Shown: in pieces, positions 29,333 through 39,485 of the stretch
How the letters are laid out: each line of letters starts with the position of its first letter
How positions within the stretch are numbered: position 1 is the first letter of the stretch
Notes under the pieces: model-generated
What the model was told of the DNA's origin: nothing
The model's input: only the letters and a program-made list of their open reading frames with translations
Databases searched by the model: none
Assembly: GCA_964600575.1 (NCBI GenBank)
Contig: CAZRJH010000001.1
Span: 92,651 to 156,650, forward strand
DNA length: 64,000 bases
DNA from: an uncultured Gammaproteobacteria bacterium
Lineage (GTDB): Bacteria > Patescibacteriota > Microgenomatia > UBA8517
Direction: 5' to 3'
Made by a program: the position numbers and the translations under genes

Positions 29333-29548
29333 ATGAAGAGTTTTCTTTTAATAGCACAAATGACCGTCTCCGTGGTCCTTATTGTGCTTGTGCTTATGCA
29401 GGCCAGGGGAACGGGGCTTGGCAGAACAATGGGTATGAGCGGAGGAACTTCTTTCACAAGACGTGGCCTAGAAAAACTTATTTTCCGCGCCACCTTCGTT
29501 TTCGCGGGTTTGTTTTTGTTAATTTCGATTCTTGAGCTTTTGTCTTAA
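29333..29548 (+). CDS. secG: preprotein translocase subunit SecG
   Basis: LVLMQARGTGLG..TRRGLEK, 2 TM helices. Confidence 0.9.
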   Translation: MKSFLLIAQMTVSVVLIVLVLMQARGTGLGRTMGMSGGTSFTRRGLEKLIFRATFVFAGLFLLISILELLS

Positions 29549-30876
29549 TGCTAAACCTCCGATACATTTTTAGGCTCACTGCCGCGTTTGTTACTCGTTT
29601 TAGGGCACTAATCGGTATAAGTGTCGGGGTTGGTATAGCTACTTTTTTTATTCTTAGATATCTTCTACCCTTTTTTTCGGGTAAATCGGTAGAAAAAATC
29701 GGCATAACGGGCAGATTTAACACTATCAACATGCCCTCAGTTATTACCGAGATGATAGGTGACGGTCTAACAAAGTTGGATAAAAGCGGGAATGTGGAAC
29801 CAAACTTAGCCAAATCCTGGGAAACACCCGATAAAGGCAAAACATGGATTTTTACTCTAAGAGACGGATTAATCTGGCAAGACGGTAAAAAAGTAACTTC
29901 TCAAACCATATCCTATCAATTTTCCGATGTTACCGTAGAACACCCCAACGATAACCAGATTGTTTTTAAGTTACAAAATCCTTATTCTGCTTTTCCGGCC
30001 GTTGTTAGTCACCCGACATTTAAAAAGGGTCTTTTAGGAACGGGCGCATGGGAAGTCAAAAATATAGTTTTAAGCGGTTCAAATGTAGAGCAAGTTTTAT
30101 TGCAGGAAAAGCAAACCGGCATTAGAAAAATTTTTAAATTTTACCCAACAGAAGATAGAACCAAATTGGCATTTGAACTTGGTGAGGTCGACACCCTTAA
30201 AGATATTTTAAATCCGGCGCCTTTGGATTCGTGGAAAAAAATAAAAATAGAAAGAATTGTAAACAAGGGTGAATATGTTGCTGTCTTTTTCAACTCTCAA
30301 GACAAACTGCTTGCCGAAAAAAATCTTAGACAAGCCTTAAGCTATGCAATAGATAAAGAAGTTTTGGCAGGAGAGAGGGCCTTGGGGCCAATTTCGGCTA
30401 ATTCCTGGGCATTTAATCCTTTGGTTAAACCCTACAGCTTTGATTTTGAAAAAGCCAAAGGAATAGTTGATGATTACAAAAAGGAGTCAAAATTAGAAAA
30501 TCTGGAGGTTAATTTATCGGCACCTCCGCTTTTGTTGCCTCAGGCAGAAAAGGTGGCAAAAAACTGGAGCGATCTTGGTATTAAAGTTAATTTGCAAGTA
30601 ACGGCAGGTGTGCCTTCGGAATACCAAGCCTTTATGGCAATTTTTGATATTCCGGACGACCCGGATCAATATTCTATTTGGCATTCGACCCAAACAACAA
30701 CGAATCTTACTAACTACCAAAATCCGAGAATAGATAAACTTTTAGAAGATGGAAGAAGTGAAATTAATCTGGAAGACAGAAAAAGAATCTATTTAGATTT
30801 TCAAAGATTTTTAGTAGAAGATTCTCCTGCTGCATTTTTGTATTACCCCGAAACCTTTACCATTAGTCGCCGCTAA
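29548..30876 (+). CDS. ABC transporter substrate-binding protein (family 5)
   Basis: GLTK..PNLAKSW..WIFTLRDG..WQDG; RQALSYAID; DPDQYSIWHS. Confidence 0.9.
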   Translation: MLNLRYIFRLTAAFVTRFRALIGISVGVGIATFFILRYLLPFFSGKSVEKIGITGRFNTINMPSVITEMIGDGLTKLDKSGNVEPNLAKSWETPDKGKTWIFTLRDGLIWQDGKKVTSQTISYQFSDVTVEHPNDNQIVFKLQNPYSAFPAVVSHPTFKKGLLGTGAWEVKNIVLSGSNVEQVLLQEKQTGIRKIFKFYPTEDRTKLAFELGEVDTLKDILNPAPLDSWKKIKIERIVNKGEYVAVFFNSQDKLLAEKNLRQALSYAIDKEVLAGERALGPISANSWAFNPLVKPYSFDFEKAKGIVDDYKKESKLENLEVNLSAPPLLLPQAEKVAKNWSDLGIKVNLQVTAGVPSEYQAFMAIFDIPDDPDQYSIWHSTQTTTNLTNYQNPRIDKLLEDGRSEINLEDRKRIYLDFQRFLVEDSPAAFLYYPETFTISRR

Positions 30877-30893
30877 TTTGATAATATAAAAGA

Positions 30894-32054
30894 ATGAAGG
30901 TAATCTTGGGCGGCTGGTATCAAAGGACAACACTCCATCTTAGCGAAATATACGATTTATTTTCTGCAGCCAAGTCGGAATTACCACTTGATTCCGATCG
31001 ACTTCAATACTTTAGGTCCAATTCCAATTTAGAAAAGGTAACAAGAGAACCCGGATATTTAGAATATGTGTCGGCTGTTTCAAAAGATAGTATAAACATT
31101 AGATATTTTGAAGACGGCCTATACACTCTTTCTTCGGAAGGTGATGATATCGAAGATCTAAAAGAAAAATTAACGGGTTACTTTCAAACAAAATTTTTCC
31201 CCGCAATTTCGTATATCTTTTCTCTGGGTGCTCCAACCCCCAAAATCCTGGCAAATATCAAAACAATCCATCCGATTGTTGTAACCGACCAAACTAAAGA
31301 CTTCTCAAAATATAAAATAGACGAAGAAAAATTTGGCACAGTTTACTCAAAGGTAGAAGCGGGAGATTTTTGCGTTTTTAAGACCCCTAATTTTATTTTT
31401 GTAGTTTCCAAACACAAAGATGAAAAAATGGCTGAAAATTTAGTCGATCTGCAAATATTTTTTAGGGAGTTCAAAGATCAGCTTCAAAAATACCTCAATA
31501 TTCATAGAATTATTTGGCAGGAAATCTCGGCCCTAAAGGAGAAAAAAGAAATAAAAGGCAAAGATATAAAAACAGTACGCGGACAGTTGGAAGATTATCA
31601 AAACACAATTAATTTGATCACCAACAGGATCAATCAGATGGCAGCCTATATAAAAACAAGGCAAATGATAGCCAAGGAATTTAAATTAGAAGAAAGTCTT
31701 TTAAAACTTTATCAATATAAATTTGATGCTCTAAACGACTCGCTTACCTACATAAAAGAGATTTGGAAGATGACTTCGGATTATGTTAACTCCGCAATTC
31801 AAGTTCTTGCAGGGTTGGAAGAAAGAAGTCTCAACAATAGCGTTAAGTCCTTGCAAATAATAACTAGTGTCGGGGTTATTTCGGGCGTTTTGGGTTATCT
31901 TTCCAAAGACGTACTACCAAAGCCCACAAAAGCGGGTTTGGAGTTTTTTGGAATACTCCTGACTGTTACCCTAATCATGAATCTCTTAATTAACTTTTTC
32001 TACAAGAATATTAAATACAAAATGAAGTTTAGCGAAAGAAAGAAAGATATCTAA
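30894..32054 (+). CDS. hypothetical protein, coiled-coil plus 2 C-terminal TM helices (CorA-like topology, no GMN)
   Basis: 386-aa ORF with a long helical stalk and two terminal hydrophobic segments. Confidence 0.6.
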   Translation: MKVILGGWYQRTTLHLSEIYDLFSAAKSELPLDSDRLQYFRSNSNLEKVTREPGYLEYVSAVSKDSINIRYFEDGLYTLSSEGDDIEDLKEKLTGYFQTKFFPAISYIFSLGAPTPKILANIKTIHPIVVTDQTKDFSKYKIDEEKFGTVYSKVEAGDFCVFKTPNFIFVVSKHKDEKMAENLVDLQIFFREFKDQLQKYLNIHRIIWQEISALKEKKEIKGKDIKTVRGQLEDYQNTINLITNRINQMAAYIKTRQMIAKEFKLEESLLKLYQYKFDALNDSLTYIKEIWKMTSDYVNSAIQVLAGLEERSLNNSVKSLQIITSVGVISGVLGYLSKDVLPKPTKAGLEFFGILLTVTLIMNLLINFFYKNIKYKMKFSERKKDI

Positions 32055-32060
32055 CACCAA

Positions 32061-32657
32061 TCACGGTTTATTTACTACAAATGGAAATGGATTGGTGTTT
32101 CCTGGGTTGGCAAATTCTGATAATGTCTTTTTTAAATCCAGATTTCCAACCTGTTGTTCAGGAAAAACATCTGCTAAGTCGTATTCACCCCCAAAATCTT
32201 GCTGAATACGATCAAAAAGACTTTTTGCATCTTCGTTTCGAAAGTCAAAACGTTTAACTCTGAAACTATGTTCGCGTTTGGCGTCCTTTGCTGCAATTAA
32301 AATATACTTGGGTCTGTGGGAAACTTCTTTTCTGCCCCCATAATGAAAATCTAGAGTAACTTTTACTAAGAGATTGTTGTCAGTTGTAGCTGTTCTCTGA
32401 ACTTGAATTTCTTGTGCATCGGAGTGTCTGCCAAGATGGCTGTAACCCACTTTTATTTCAACTTTACCATCTGAAGTTTTTGATGTGCTTTCAACCTCAC
32501 ATTTAGTATCATCGTAGGCTAAATGGTAATTTGTATCAAGGTTGGCAGAGTCCTGTCTAAAAACTATTCCGGCTTTCTTAAATTCTTTTTTAGCTTCTGA
32601 CAATTTTCGTGTCCTTGATAACTTTTCTCTTAATCCGTCAAATAAGTTTTCTGCCAC
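32061..32657 (-). CDS. hypothetical protein
   Basis: 198-aa ORF, TAAAAT 5 nt upstream of GTG. Confidence 0.6.
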   Translation of the reverse strand: MAENLFDGLREKLSRTRKLSEAKKEFKKAGIVFRQDSANLDTNYHLAYDDTKCEVESTSKTSDGKVEIKVGYSHLGRHSDAQEIQVQRTATTDNNLLVKVTLDFHYGGRKEVSHRPKYILIAAKDAKREHSFRVKRFDFRNEDAKSLFDRIQQDFGGEYDLADVFPEQQVGNLDLKKTLSEFANPGNTNPFPFVVNKP

Positions 32658-32688
32658 AAGCTATTTTAACACGCGTTTGTTAAACAGG

Positions 32689-33861
32689 CTATTTTTTGAC
32701 CTCACAATCTGTCCCGAGTCCGCCTACACATTCTTCTGTTGGGGGTTTGCCGCGCTCCGGGCACTTCTCCGAATAAATACAGGCGTCGTTACTTATTGAT
32801 TTGATTTGAGAGTTGATAGCATCTTGATCACTCGAACCGTAGGTAACTAACACCTGATCAAGATCGTTTGGTTTGTAGGTAAGTCCTTCGGCGTTTAGTG
32901 TTCCATTTACAAAAACCTTTAATGTTGATGTCGTGGTATCAGCCGGGAAGTTTATCTTAACCGAGTCTGTAAAGTCCTTTATAGACACACCCGCTTTGTG
33001 TAAATGAACCACTTTACCGTTGCCGTCGTGAACATGTGTAGAGTCGCTAAGCTCTTTTCCTTTCTCTGATTGGTATTTTGGCAAACTTAAATCAGCGGCT
33101 ACTCCGCCCGTGTAAATTTTAATATCATAATGAGCATGAAATGCTTTGGTATCACTACTTGCGGTGATGGGGTTTTTGGCTAAGGCATCCTCAATAAGTT
33201 TTTTAAACGCTTCATAGCTTTGGGGATTGCCAATCTTTTGACCGTTAAGGAAAAATGTAGGTGTTCCGGTTATTCCTGCAAGATTTCCGTCTGCTAGATC
33301 TTTATTAATTCTGTTTTTGACCTCCTCTGATTTAACATCTGTTTTGTATTTTTTCACATCAAGACCTGAATCTTTTGCATAGGTTTCAAAAGTATCTTCT
33401 ACTTTTGTCGATGCGGACCATTCTTCTTGATTTTCGTAAATGGCATCGTGCATCTCCCAGAATTTACCTTGAATGCCAGCGGCCTCAGCTGCTTGGTGTG
33501 CAGGTGTTGCGTTTTTGTGACTAGGAAGTGGGTAGTTTCTAAAGACGAAGTTAATCTTTCCGTTAAATTCCTCCATTACTTTTTTGACAAGGGGGTAATA
33601 AGCACTACAAGCAGGACATTGAAAGTCTCCAAACTCAACCAGTGTTACGGAAGAATTATCGACAGGCGGCAAATGTTTGCCCTCTTTAATGCCGGAGGTT
33701 TTATAAACGCCTGATGGCGCCAAAACTTCGTCCGAAATTTTTTTAGAATCAACTTTTGTGTCCGGGGTTTTACTAAAAAGAAAAACACCTCCAATCAAAA
33801 CCAAAAGGGTGATGCCTACAACCGAAATAAATATTATGTTTCGTTGTAAAAAATCTTTCAT
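32689..33861 (-). CDS. DsbA-family thiol-disulfide oxidoreductase with His/Cys-rich C-terminal domain
   Basis: N-terminal TM, EFGDFQCPAC, GTPTFF; C-terminal HAHYD/HVHDG/HLH and Cys cluster. Confidence 0.88.
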   Translation of the reverse strand: MKDFLQRNIIFISVVGITLLVLIGGVFLFSKTPDTKVDSKKISDEVLAPSGVYKTSGIKEGKHLPPVDNSSVTLVEFGDFQCPACSAYYPLVKKVMEEFNGKINFVFRNYPLPSHKNATPAHQAAEAAGIQGKFWEMHDAIYENQEEWSASTKVEDTFETYAKDSGLDVKKYKTDVKSEEVKNRINKDLADGNLAGITGTPTFFLNGQKIGNPQSYEAFKKLIEDALAKNPITASSDTKAFHAHYDIKIYTGGVAADLSLPKYQSEKGKELSDSTHVHDGNGKVVHLHKAGVSIKDFTDSVKINFPADTTTSTLKVFVNGTLNAEGLTYKPNDLDQVLVTYGSSDQDAINSQIKSISNDACIYSEKCPERGKPPTEECVGGLGTDCEVKK

Positions 33862-33942
33862 TTAACGAGTCATTGTACCAGCTTTTTTGTATTTTAACCA
33901 ACTAAATTTGCAGAAAACTAACTTTAGTTTTAATATTCGTGC

Positions 33943-34434
33943 ATGTTAACAGAAAGAAACGAAAACGAAATATCAGAATCCGTAAGGCATTTTATAAGCT
34001 CGGGTGAAAACGAAGGAATATTAATTTATCCACTTTCAGGCTCGGAAATACAACATGATAAATTTAATGTGATTTTTTGCGCTGCGGGTTTTGTAAAAGA
34101 CCAAAGAGGTGAAAAAATTGACTTTGTAACTTTTACAACAGACGGGGAAAGAGAATCCGCCACAAAATTTCATAGAGAAATTTTTGAATGGGCATATGGT
34201 GATACCCAAGAGGGAATAGTTGACTTGGAAGGATGGCTGCAAGCTGCGTATGACGCATATTTTTCCGAAGATCCTTTGTTTGCAATAAGTTTTGGAACAT
34301 ACGAAAATTCGGGAGACAGGGCTGTTTTCATACATGCACAAAGGGGTGTAAGTGAGAACTCGGCAATCAATATCCTAAAAAAGTTTGCCGAAATCAAGCT
34401 TTTTGGCGGCGAGTTCAATGTAAACCTGGATTAA
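33943..34434 (+). CDS. hypothetical protein
   Basis: 163-aa ORF. Confidence 0.55.
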   Translation: MLTERNENEISESVRHFISSGENEGILIYPLSGSEIQHDKFNVIFCAAGFVKDQRGEKIDFVTFTTDGERESATKFHREIFEWAYGDTQEGIVDLEGWLQAAYDAYFSEDPLFAISFGTYENSGDRAVFIHAQRGVSENSAINILKKFAEIKLFGGEFNVNLD

Positions 34435-34524
34435 TATATAAACCGGTTGAGTAGTTATCTCCTATAGTGTAAAATATAGCTTCAGCAAGTACTTTAACCG
34501 CCAAATCTCAAAAAGGAGGCCTCT

Positions 34525-35352
34525 GTGAAAAGGATATTTTATCTTTTCATTCTGGCGACAATCTCACTTTCGGCGTGTAGCTCCGGGTCCCCCTCGTTGG
34601 AGACTCCGACAAACACAGCCACGCCGCAATCAACTCCTACTGAAACTTTAGTGCCTTTTACACCTACCCCGACTTTGACGCCAACACCCACGATAACTCT
34701 GACACCGACTGCAACGCCGGATATTGGGGGGATCAACTACAAGGGTTATTGGCTCAAAATGACTAAAGATTTCAATGATTATGGCAGCCAAACGCTGACC
34801 ATGTATTACCAAGATGGATCAAATCTAACGGTTATTGCCACGTTTTGTGTACGGGGAAGTGACAATGGCACACCGAACGGATTTTATTTCATCGCGTTGG
34901 ATCGCCCCACCACCTACCCGACAGCGCGCGGTTATGAAACCACTTTCTTCTCACACAACTTTGGTTGGAAGTTAGGACAGCGTAGCTGGTATTTGCATCC
35001 GGCACCGTGGAACGATGCAGGAGAGGCGGGTTGTCCACTCAAAAGCACCGGAGGGTGTGTAAATATGCGACCGACTGATTTTGACATAATTCTGAGCGGT
35101 GGCGATTACACTAATCCGTTGACGGGAGAAAAGTCGGTAATTCCGAATCTTGGTATTGGAACTCCGTTTGTAATTACTTATCACGAAAGTGACTGTACAT
35201 ATGTCGGAGAATGTTTTAACTATTTCGGATGTACTACAGGAAGAGAGTGTTTTGCAAAATACACTTGCCAGCTCTGCACAGAGCCCTCTCCGAGGTATAT
35301 GGAAATGTTACGACAAGCACCCTTTATAGAGATTTTTGACCTACCACGTTAG
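34525..35352 (+). CDS. lipoprotein with L,D-transpeptidase (YkuD-like) domain
   Basis: Lipobox LSAC, PT-repeat linker, GTPNG, YLHPAPW..STGGCVNM; promoter TTGAGT-17-TAAAAT and SD AAGGAGG. Confidence 0.75.
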   Translation: MKRIFYLFILATISLSACSSGSPSLETPTNTATPQSTPTETLVPFTPTPTLTPTPTITLTPTATPDIGGINYKGYWLKMTKDFNDYGSQTLTMYYQDGSNLTVIATFCVRGSDNGTPNGFYFIALDRPTTYPTARGYETTFFSHNFGWKLGQRSWYLHPAPWNDAGEAGCPLKSTGGCVNMRPTDFDIILSGGDYTNPLTGEKSVIPNLGIGTPFVITYHESDCTYVGECFNYFGCTTGRECFAKYTCQLCTEPSPRYMEMLRQAPFIEIFDLPR

Positions 35353-35363
35353 TTTCCGTTATT

Positions 35364-35401
35364 GCGGGGGAATTTGATTTATCAAAGGCCCCCGCTTTTT
35401 T
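35364..35401 (+). terminator. intrinsic terminator
   Basis: GCGGGGG..TTTGAT/ATCAAA..CCCCCGC followed by T6. Confidence 0.8.
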
Positions 35402-35465
35402 GTGGCTTGTTTTGATGTGACAAGGACACACAAAAATCAAATTTTTGATGTGATAAAATCGGCAT

Positions 35466-36059
35466 GTGACAAAAGAAAACTTAGACTACAAACCTTCTTA
35501 TATTTCTACTGACAATGACTATTTGGGTAGGCAGATTACTTCGGGAGTAAATGAACTTTTTAGTTTGCGAGGATCTAAAAACGGAGATAAAGATAAAAAC
35601 AATATGGTACTAAGGGGTTTGGTAAGACTTGTCTCGGGTAAGATTTTGGATATTTATCCGGCAATAACAAAAGACCCAAACGATATAGTTGGTAATCTTT
35701 TTGAAAGTCTAAAAGAAAAGTACTCCAAGAACATTTTAAAAGTTCACAAAGTAGACGGGGTAGATTTCCCTGTGTTCGATTACAAAAGAAAAATTGTAAC
35801 GACGGGTAATTTACCCGAAGGTGCGGAACCTAGAGTTAAAACATACGAATCACTTGTTACTTGGAGCAAATTAGTTTTTGATAACCAACCATTTTTGTGG
35901 CAAGAATCCACTCCCAAAGAGGAACGAGAATGGGAAGCGGCAAGAGATGTTCAGTCGATTGCTTTTATATCCAGAATTGTTTTTAACGAAACAACTAAAA
36001 GTGCGGAAGTTCGTGGGCTACCCCCTCTGATGGTGCCGCAGGTTTACTGGAAGATTTAG
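35466..36059 (+). CDS. hypothetical protein
   Basis: 197-aa ORF, TAAAAT 6 nt upstream of GTG. Confidence 0.6.
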   Translation: MTKENLDYKPSYISTDNDYLGRQITSGVNELFSLRGSKNGDKDKNNMVLRGLVRLVSGKILDIYPAITKDPNDIVGNLFESLKEKYSKNILKVHKVDGVDFPVFDYKRKIVTTGNLPEGAEPRVKTYESLVTWSKLVFDNQPFLWQESTPKEEREWEAARDVQSIAFISRIVFNETTKSAEVRGLPPLMVPQVYWKI

Positions 36060-36547
36060 CTCTGGTCTTCTTTTTTCTTCTTCCTTTTTTCCAAAAATCC
36101 TACAACTCTTTCTTTAACTCCACCCGAAATTTGTTTAACCTTTTCTCCTCCGGCAACGCCTGCAGTTACAACTTTTACACCCAAAAGACCCCCGAGTTTG
36201 GCTGCTTTTATTGCAACTTTACTAAAAGGTTCGGAAGGCACTACTCCCGCCAACGGAGCCCTAAGGGTTACAATCGGTTTTGCGATTTTCCAGGATGTAT
36301 CCTGTATGCCAAGCATGATTTCGTTGAATTTGGAGGAGACTCCTTGGACACCCTTCAACCTCTCCGCAATAAGTTTTAGCTTTCCTTCGGGCAAGGCATC
36401 CACCACTTGTCTGTAAGCCTCCATTTGAGCCTCCGAGACTGTTACCTCCGCATCTGTCTCCAAATATTCGGCTGTTCGCTTAACCACATAATCCCTGAGT
36501 TGGATTTTTGGGTCCACTCCCGGTTCAAGCTCAAATCTTTCTTTCAT
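36056..36547 (-). CDS. hypothetical protein
   Basis: 163-aa ORF, TATAAT 6 nt upstream of ATG. Confidence 0.6.
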   Translation of the reverse strand: MKERFELEPGVDPKIQLRDYVVKRTAEYLETDAEVTVSEAQMEAYRQVVDALPEGKLKLIAERLKGVQGVSSKFNEIMLGIQDTSWKIAKPIVTLRAPLAGVVPSEPFSKVAIKAAKLGGLLGVKVVTAGVAGGEKVKQISGGVKERVVGFLEKRKKKKEDQS

Positions 36548-36568
36548 AAGCGTATTATATAATAACTC

Positions 36569-37513
36569 ATGCTCAAAGATGTTGCGTTTGTAAAATTCGG
36601 AGGCGGAAACGGCGGACGAGGTAAGCTTTCGTTTAGAAGTAATAAAAAAGGCCCTGACGGCGGAAACGGCGGCAAAGGCGGTGATCTTTATGTTGTAGCA
36701 GTTTCCGACCCAAAGCTTCTAAACCAATTTAGCCGTGAGGACACGTTTATCGCCGAAAACGGCAGAAACGGCGGAGAAAACGGTAAAACAGGTAAGAAGG
36801 GCGAAGACTTAGAAATCAAACTTCCCGTAGGGACCGATATTATTGACTCTGCTTCAGGCAAAACAATTTACGATCTAAAATATCCCGGTGAAAAGGTTTG
36901 TATTGCAAAAGGCGGCCGCGGAGGAATGGGAAACCAGGAATTTAAAGGTTCCACAAACACTACACCAAGATTTGCGCAGCCGGGTGAAGAAGGGGAGGTA
37001 AAAGATTTAAAACTATCACTTAAACTCATTGCCGATTTTGGGTTGGTGGGTCTTCCTAACTCGGGGAAAAGCAGTCTTCTTAACGAATTAACTGGTGCAC
37101 ACTCTCCCACGGCAGATTACGCTTTTACAACACTTTCCCCCGCACTCGGGGTTTTGGATAAAAAAGTAATTGCGGATATCCCCGGTCTTATAGAGGGAGC
37201 ATCAAGCGGTAAGGGTTTAGGAATTTCATTTTTAAAACATATAGAAAAAGTTAGCGGGATTTTGCATTGCATATCTCTTCAGACGCAAGACCCTGTTGGT
37301 GACTACCAAACAATTAGAAAAGAGTTGGGGGTTTTTAATCCAGAACTTTTGGAGAAGTCGGAAACCATTGTTTTAACCAAGTCAGATCTGGTTACGGAGG
37401 ATGAAATTAACAATTTTAAAGAGAAATTTATTAAATTAAATAAAGAAGTACTGTCTGTTTCCATTCACGATTTGGAGGCCTTGGAGGGTTTAAAGCGCTT
37501 AATAGCAAGCTAA
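36569..37513 (+). CDS. obgE: GTPase ObgE (short form)
   Basis: Gly-rich Obg fold (GPDGGNGGKGG), GLPNSGKS, YAFTTL, DIPGLIEGAS, TKSD. Confidence 0.93.
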   Translation: MLKDVAFVKFGGGNGGRGKLSFRSNKKGPDGGNGGKGGDLYVVAVSDPKLLNQFSREDTFIAENGRNGGENGKTGKKGEDLEIKLPVGTDIIDSASGKTIYDLKYPGEKVCIAKGGRGGMGNQEFKGSTNTTPRFAQPGEEGEVKDLKLSLKLIADFGLVGLPNSGKSSLLNELTGAHSPTADYAFTTLSPALGVLDKKVIADIPGLIEGASSGKGLGISFLKHIEKVSGILHCISLQTQDPVGDYQTIRKELGVFNPELLEKSETIVLTKSDLVTEDEINNFKEKFIKLNKEVLSVSIHDLEALEGLKRLIAS

Positions 37514-37526
37514 AAAGTTCGACTAC

Positions 37527-37967
37527 TTATTGTTCACCCCTCGAAGCGTTGTTCTTTCGGATTTTTTTAGCATACTTGTCAACTCTTTTTTTAGAAATCA
37601 TAATTTCTTGCTCCCTTAAAAATTCGATAAAACCGGATTGTTGGTCGTATTTAACGCCGTCGTTTTCCATTAGAAACGCGATTGTAATCTCGGCTTGTTT
37701 TGTAGGCTCAACTTTACCTTCTTTCAACCAGTCTTTCTCCCAACGGTCGCTTTTTAGAATTTCTATAAAACTTGCGGCTTTAGCGGGGTTATTTAACGCA
37801 TAAAAAGAGTCCCAGGCGGCACCGACTATATGAACAAACAAATGACTTTCGGGGAGACTTGCAACAAATCTTGAAGGAGAGGTTACTCTTAACCAAAAAA
37901 GCTCCCCACCTCTAAAAAAATGAGCTCCGTGTTGTTCTTGTTGCTCCGGTTTTCTTTCTTTTTGCAT
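37527..37967 (-). CDS. hypothetical protein
   Basis: ORF; ATG start at MQKERK preferred. Confidence 0.55.
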   Translation of the reverse strand: MQKERKPEQQEQHGAHFFRGGELFWLRVTSPSRFVASLPESHLFVHIVGAAWDSFYALNNPAKAASFIEILKSDRWEKDWLKEGKVEPTKQAEITIAFLMENDGVKYDQQSGFIEFLREQEIMISKKRVDKYAKKIRKNNASRGEQ

Positions 37968-38006
37968 TGAGAACTTATACAACCAGGTTATGGTTTTAGT
38001 CAACAA

Positions 38007-38432
38007 TTAAAACCAAGTTTGTGACTTATATTTCTGGTATTCGGCTCCAAATGTATTTTGTAAGACTTTATCTTCTTTGTTGGCTCGGAATAGTTGAATG
38101 CAAATAATAATAACCAGTAAAAGGTATTGGTAAAAATTCCCGGAAGGCAAAATGAGTCCTAAAATAACTAATGACGAAAATACATAAACAGGGTTTCTTA
38201 TTTTTGAATATAAACCTTTTGTTGTTAAGCCTTTAGCTTTTGGAAGTACGGAAAAGTTAGACCCAAGTTGAACTCTTGCAGCAATCCAGAGAACAAGCGA
38301 GGTTGTGGTTATAAAGTTGCCGACCCAATAAATATAAGTCCAGTTTTTTCCGATGTAATTTAGATAATAGAGGAAAAACACCGCCGCAAAATCCAAATAA
38401 AAATGAGAGGAGTTTGTTTTATGTTTAATCAC
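38007..38432 (-). CDS. isoprenylcysteine carboxylmethyltransferase (ICMT/PEMT) family membrane protein
   Basis: LGSNFS..LTTKGLYSKIRNPVY..ED..L..FGAEY..YK. Confidence 0.85.
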   Translation of the reverse strand: MIKHKTNSSHFYLDFAAVFFLYYLNYIGKNWTYIYWVGNFITTTSLVLWIAARVQLGSNFSVLPKAKGLTTKGLYSKIRNPVYVFSSLVILGLILPSGNFYQYLLLVIIICIQLFRANKEDKVLQNTFGAEYQKYKSQTWF

Positions 38433-39460
38433 CGTCTTAAAAGTTCTAAAACATATTTTACTTTACGGGCATCTAAAGGTTGGGCTTCAAAATCGATACG
38501 ATTGTCAACATTGAGACATGAGGCTAGAGAATTTATTGTTCTTATATAGTTAAGTACAGACCCTAAAATTATCTTTTCCACCGAATCAGGGGCAAAACTT
38601 GAATCCCCAGCTATTTTGTTAGAAATCTCCACTGCTTCTTTGATCATTTCGCGATTGCGGTTTGGATATATTGCATCTGTTAGAAGGTAATGCCAGCTTC
38701 CCTGCTCGGACGGCAAAAAAATAACGTTATCTTTACCGGCAATATCTAATATCTGCCCTGTTCTTTTTGAATACTCAATCGCATTTTTAGTGAAGTCTTC
38801 TATGGCTGATTTAAGATGCTGGTCATTATTCATTCTTTCGACAATAGTAGCCATATGTTGTTGAACAAAAGCTACTTCTACTGACGGTATCTGTTGAGTT
38901 TTATTTACTCCAAAAACAGCCGCAATAGTAAGATCTACATAAGCCGCTTCAAATTTTGGAGACTGCATGGGTCTTAGCTCTGCAACTCCGGCAGTTAGAC
39001 TTATTCTCGAAGGGTTTTTAAGCTCTGTGGTTTTATCCTGAATCGTGACAAGCGTCCAGACTTCGCCTGCATTAAAGTTTTTTATAGCACTATCCGACTG
39101 CGGGCCATATTCTTTGTGAATTGCTTTTAGTATTCTTTCGTTAAACGGAATTTTAAGGGTAAAAGCACTTTGCTTTAAAGTATGTTCTTGGCCGAAGATT
39201 TCTGTAATAATTCTAAAACTTTCGTTAAGATCTTTTGCTTTATACTTTTTCCATTCCGATTCTGCATAACTCGTGTCACCCTGAGAAACGGAACTAAGAA
39301 GTTCCGGTCCGTCTATCTTTACAACTTTATTGGGGTAGTTGGGGAGTGAGTAGACTATTTGAATTCCTCCGTTATCTTCGAACTCCGGTTTATATTTTTC
39401 TATTCTACGGTGAGCAATATCTTTGGCTTCAAATCTGTGTGGTAAAAGTCTATCGCTCAT
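38429..39460 (-). CDS. hypothetical protein, possible atypical protein-kinase-like fold
   Basis: GGIQIVY..KVVK, IQDK, LDIAGKDNVIF, YLLTD in kinase-like order; TAGAAT 5 nt upstream of ATG 39460. Confidence 0.5.
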   Translation of the reverse strand: MSDRLLPHRFEAKDIAHRRIEKYKPEFEDNGGIQIVYSLPNYPNKVVKIDGPELLSSVSQGDTSYAESEWKKYKAKDLNESFRIITEIFGQEHTLKQSAFTLKIPFNERILKAIHKEYGPQSDSAIKNFNAGEVWTLVTIQDKTTELKNPSRISLTAGVAELRPMQSPKFEAAYVDLTIAAVFGVNKTQQIPSVEVAFVQQHMATIVERMNNDQHLKSAIEDFTKNAIEYSKRTGQILDIAGKDNVIFLPSEQGSWHYLLTDAIYPNRNREMIKEAVEISNKIAGDSSFAPDSVEKIILGSVLNYIRTINSLASCLNVDNRIDFEAQPLDARKVKYVLELLRR

Positions 39461-39485
39461 TCTTAATTCTAACAAAATAAATTTA

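Noticed and set aside
34600-34720. ACACC/ACGCC-type short repeats
   Set aside because: They encode a Pro-Thr linker and are not a DNA repeat element.
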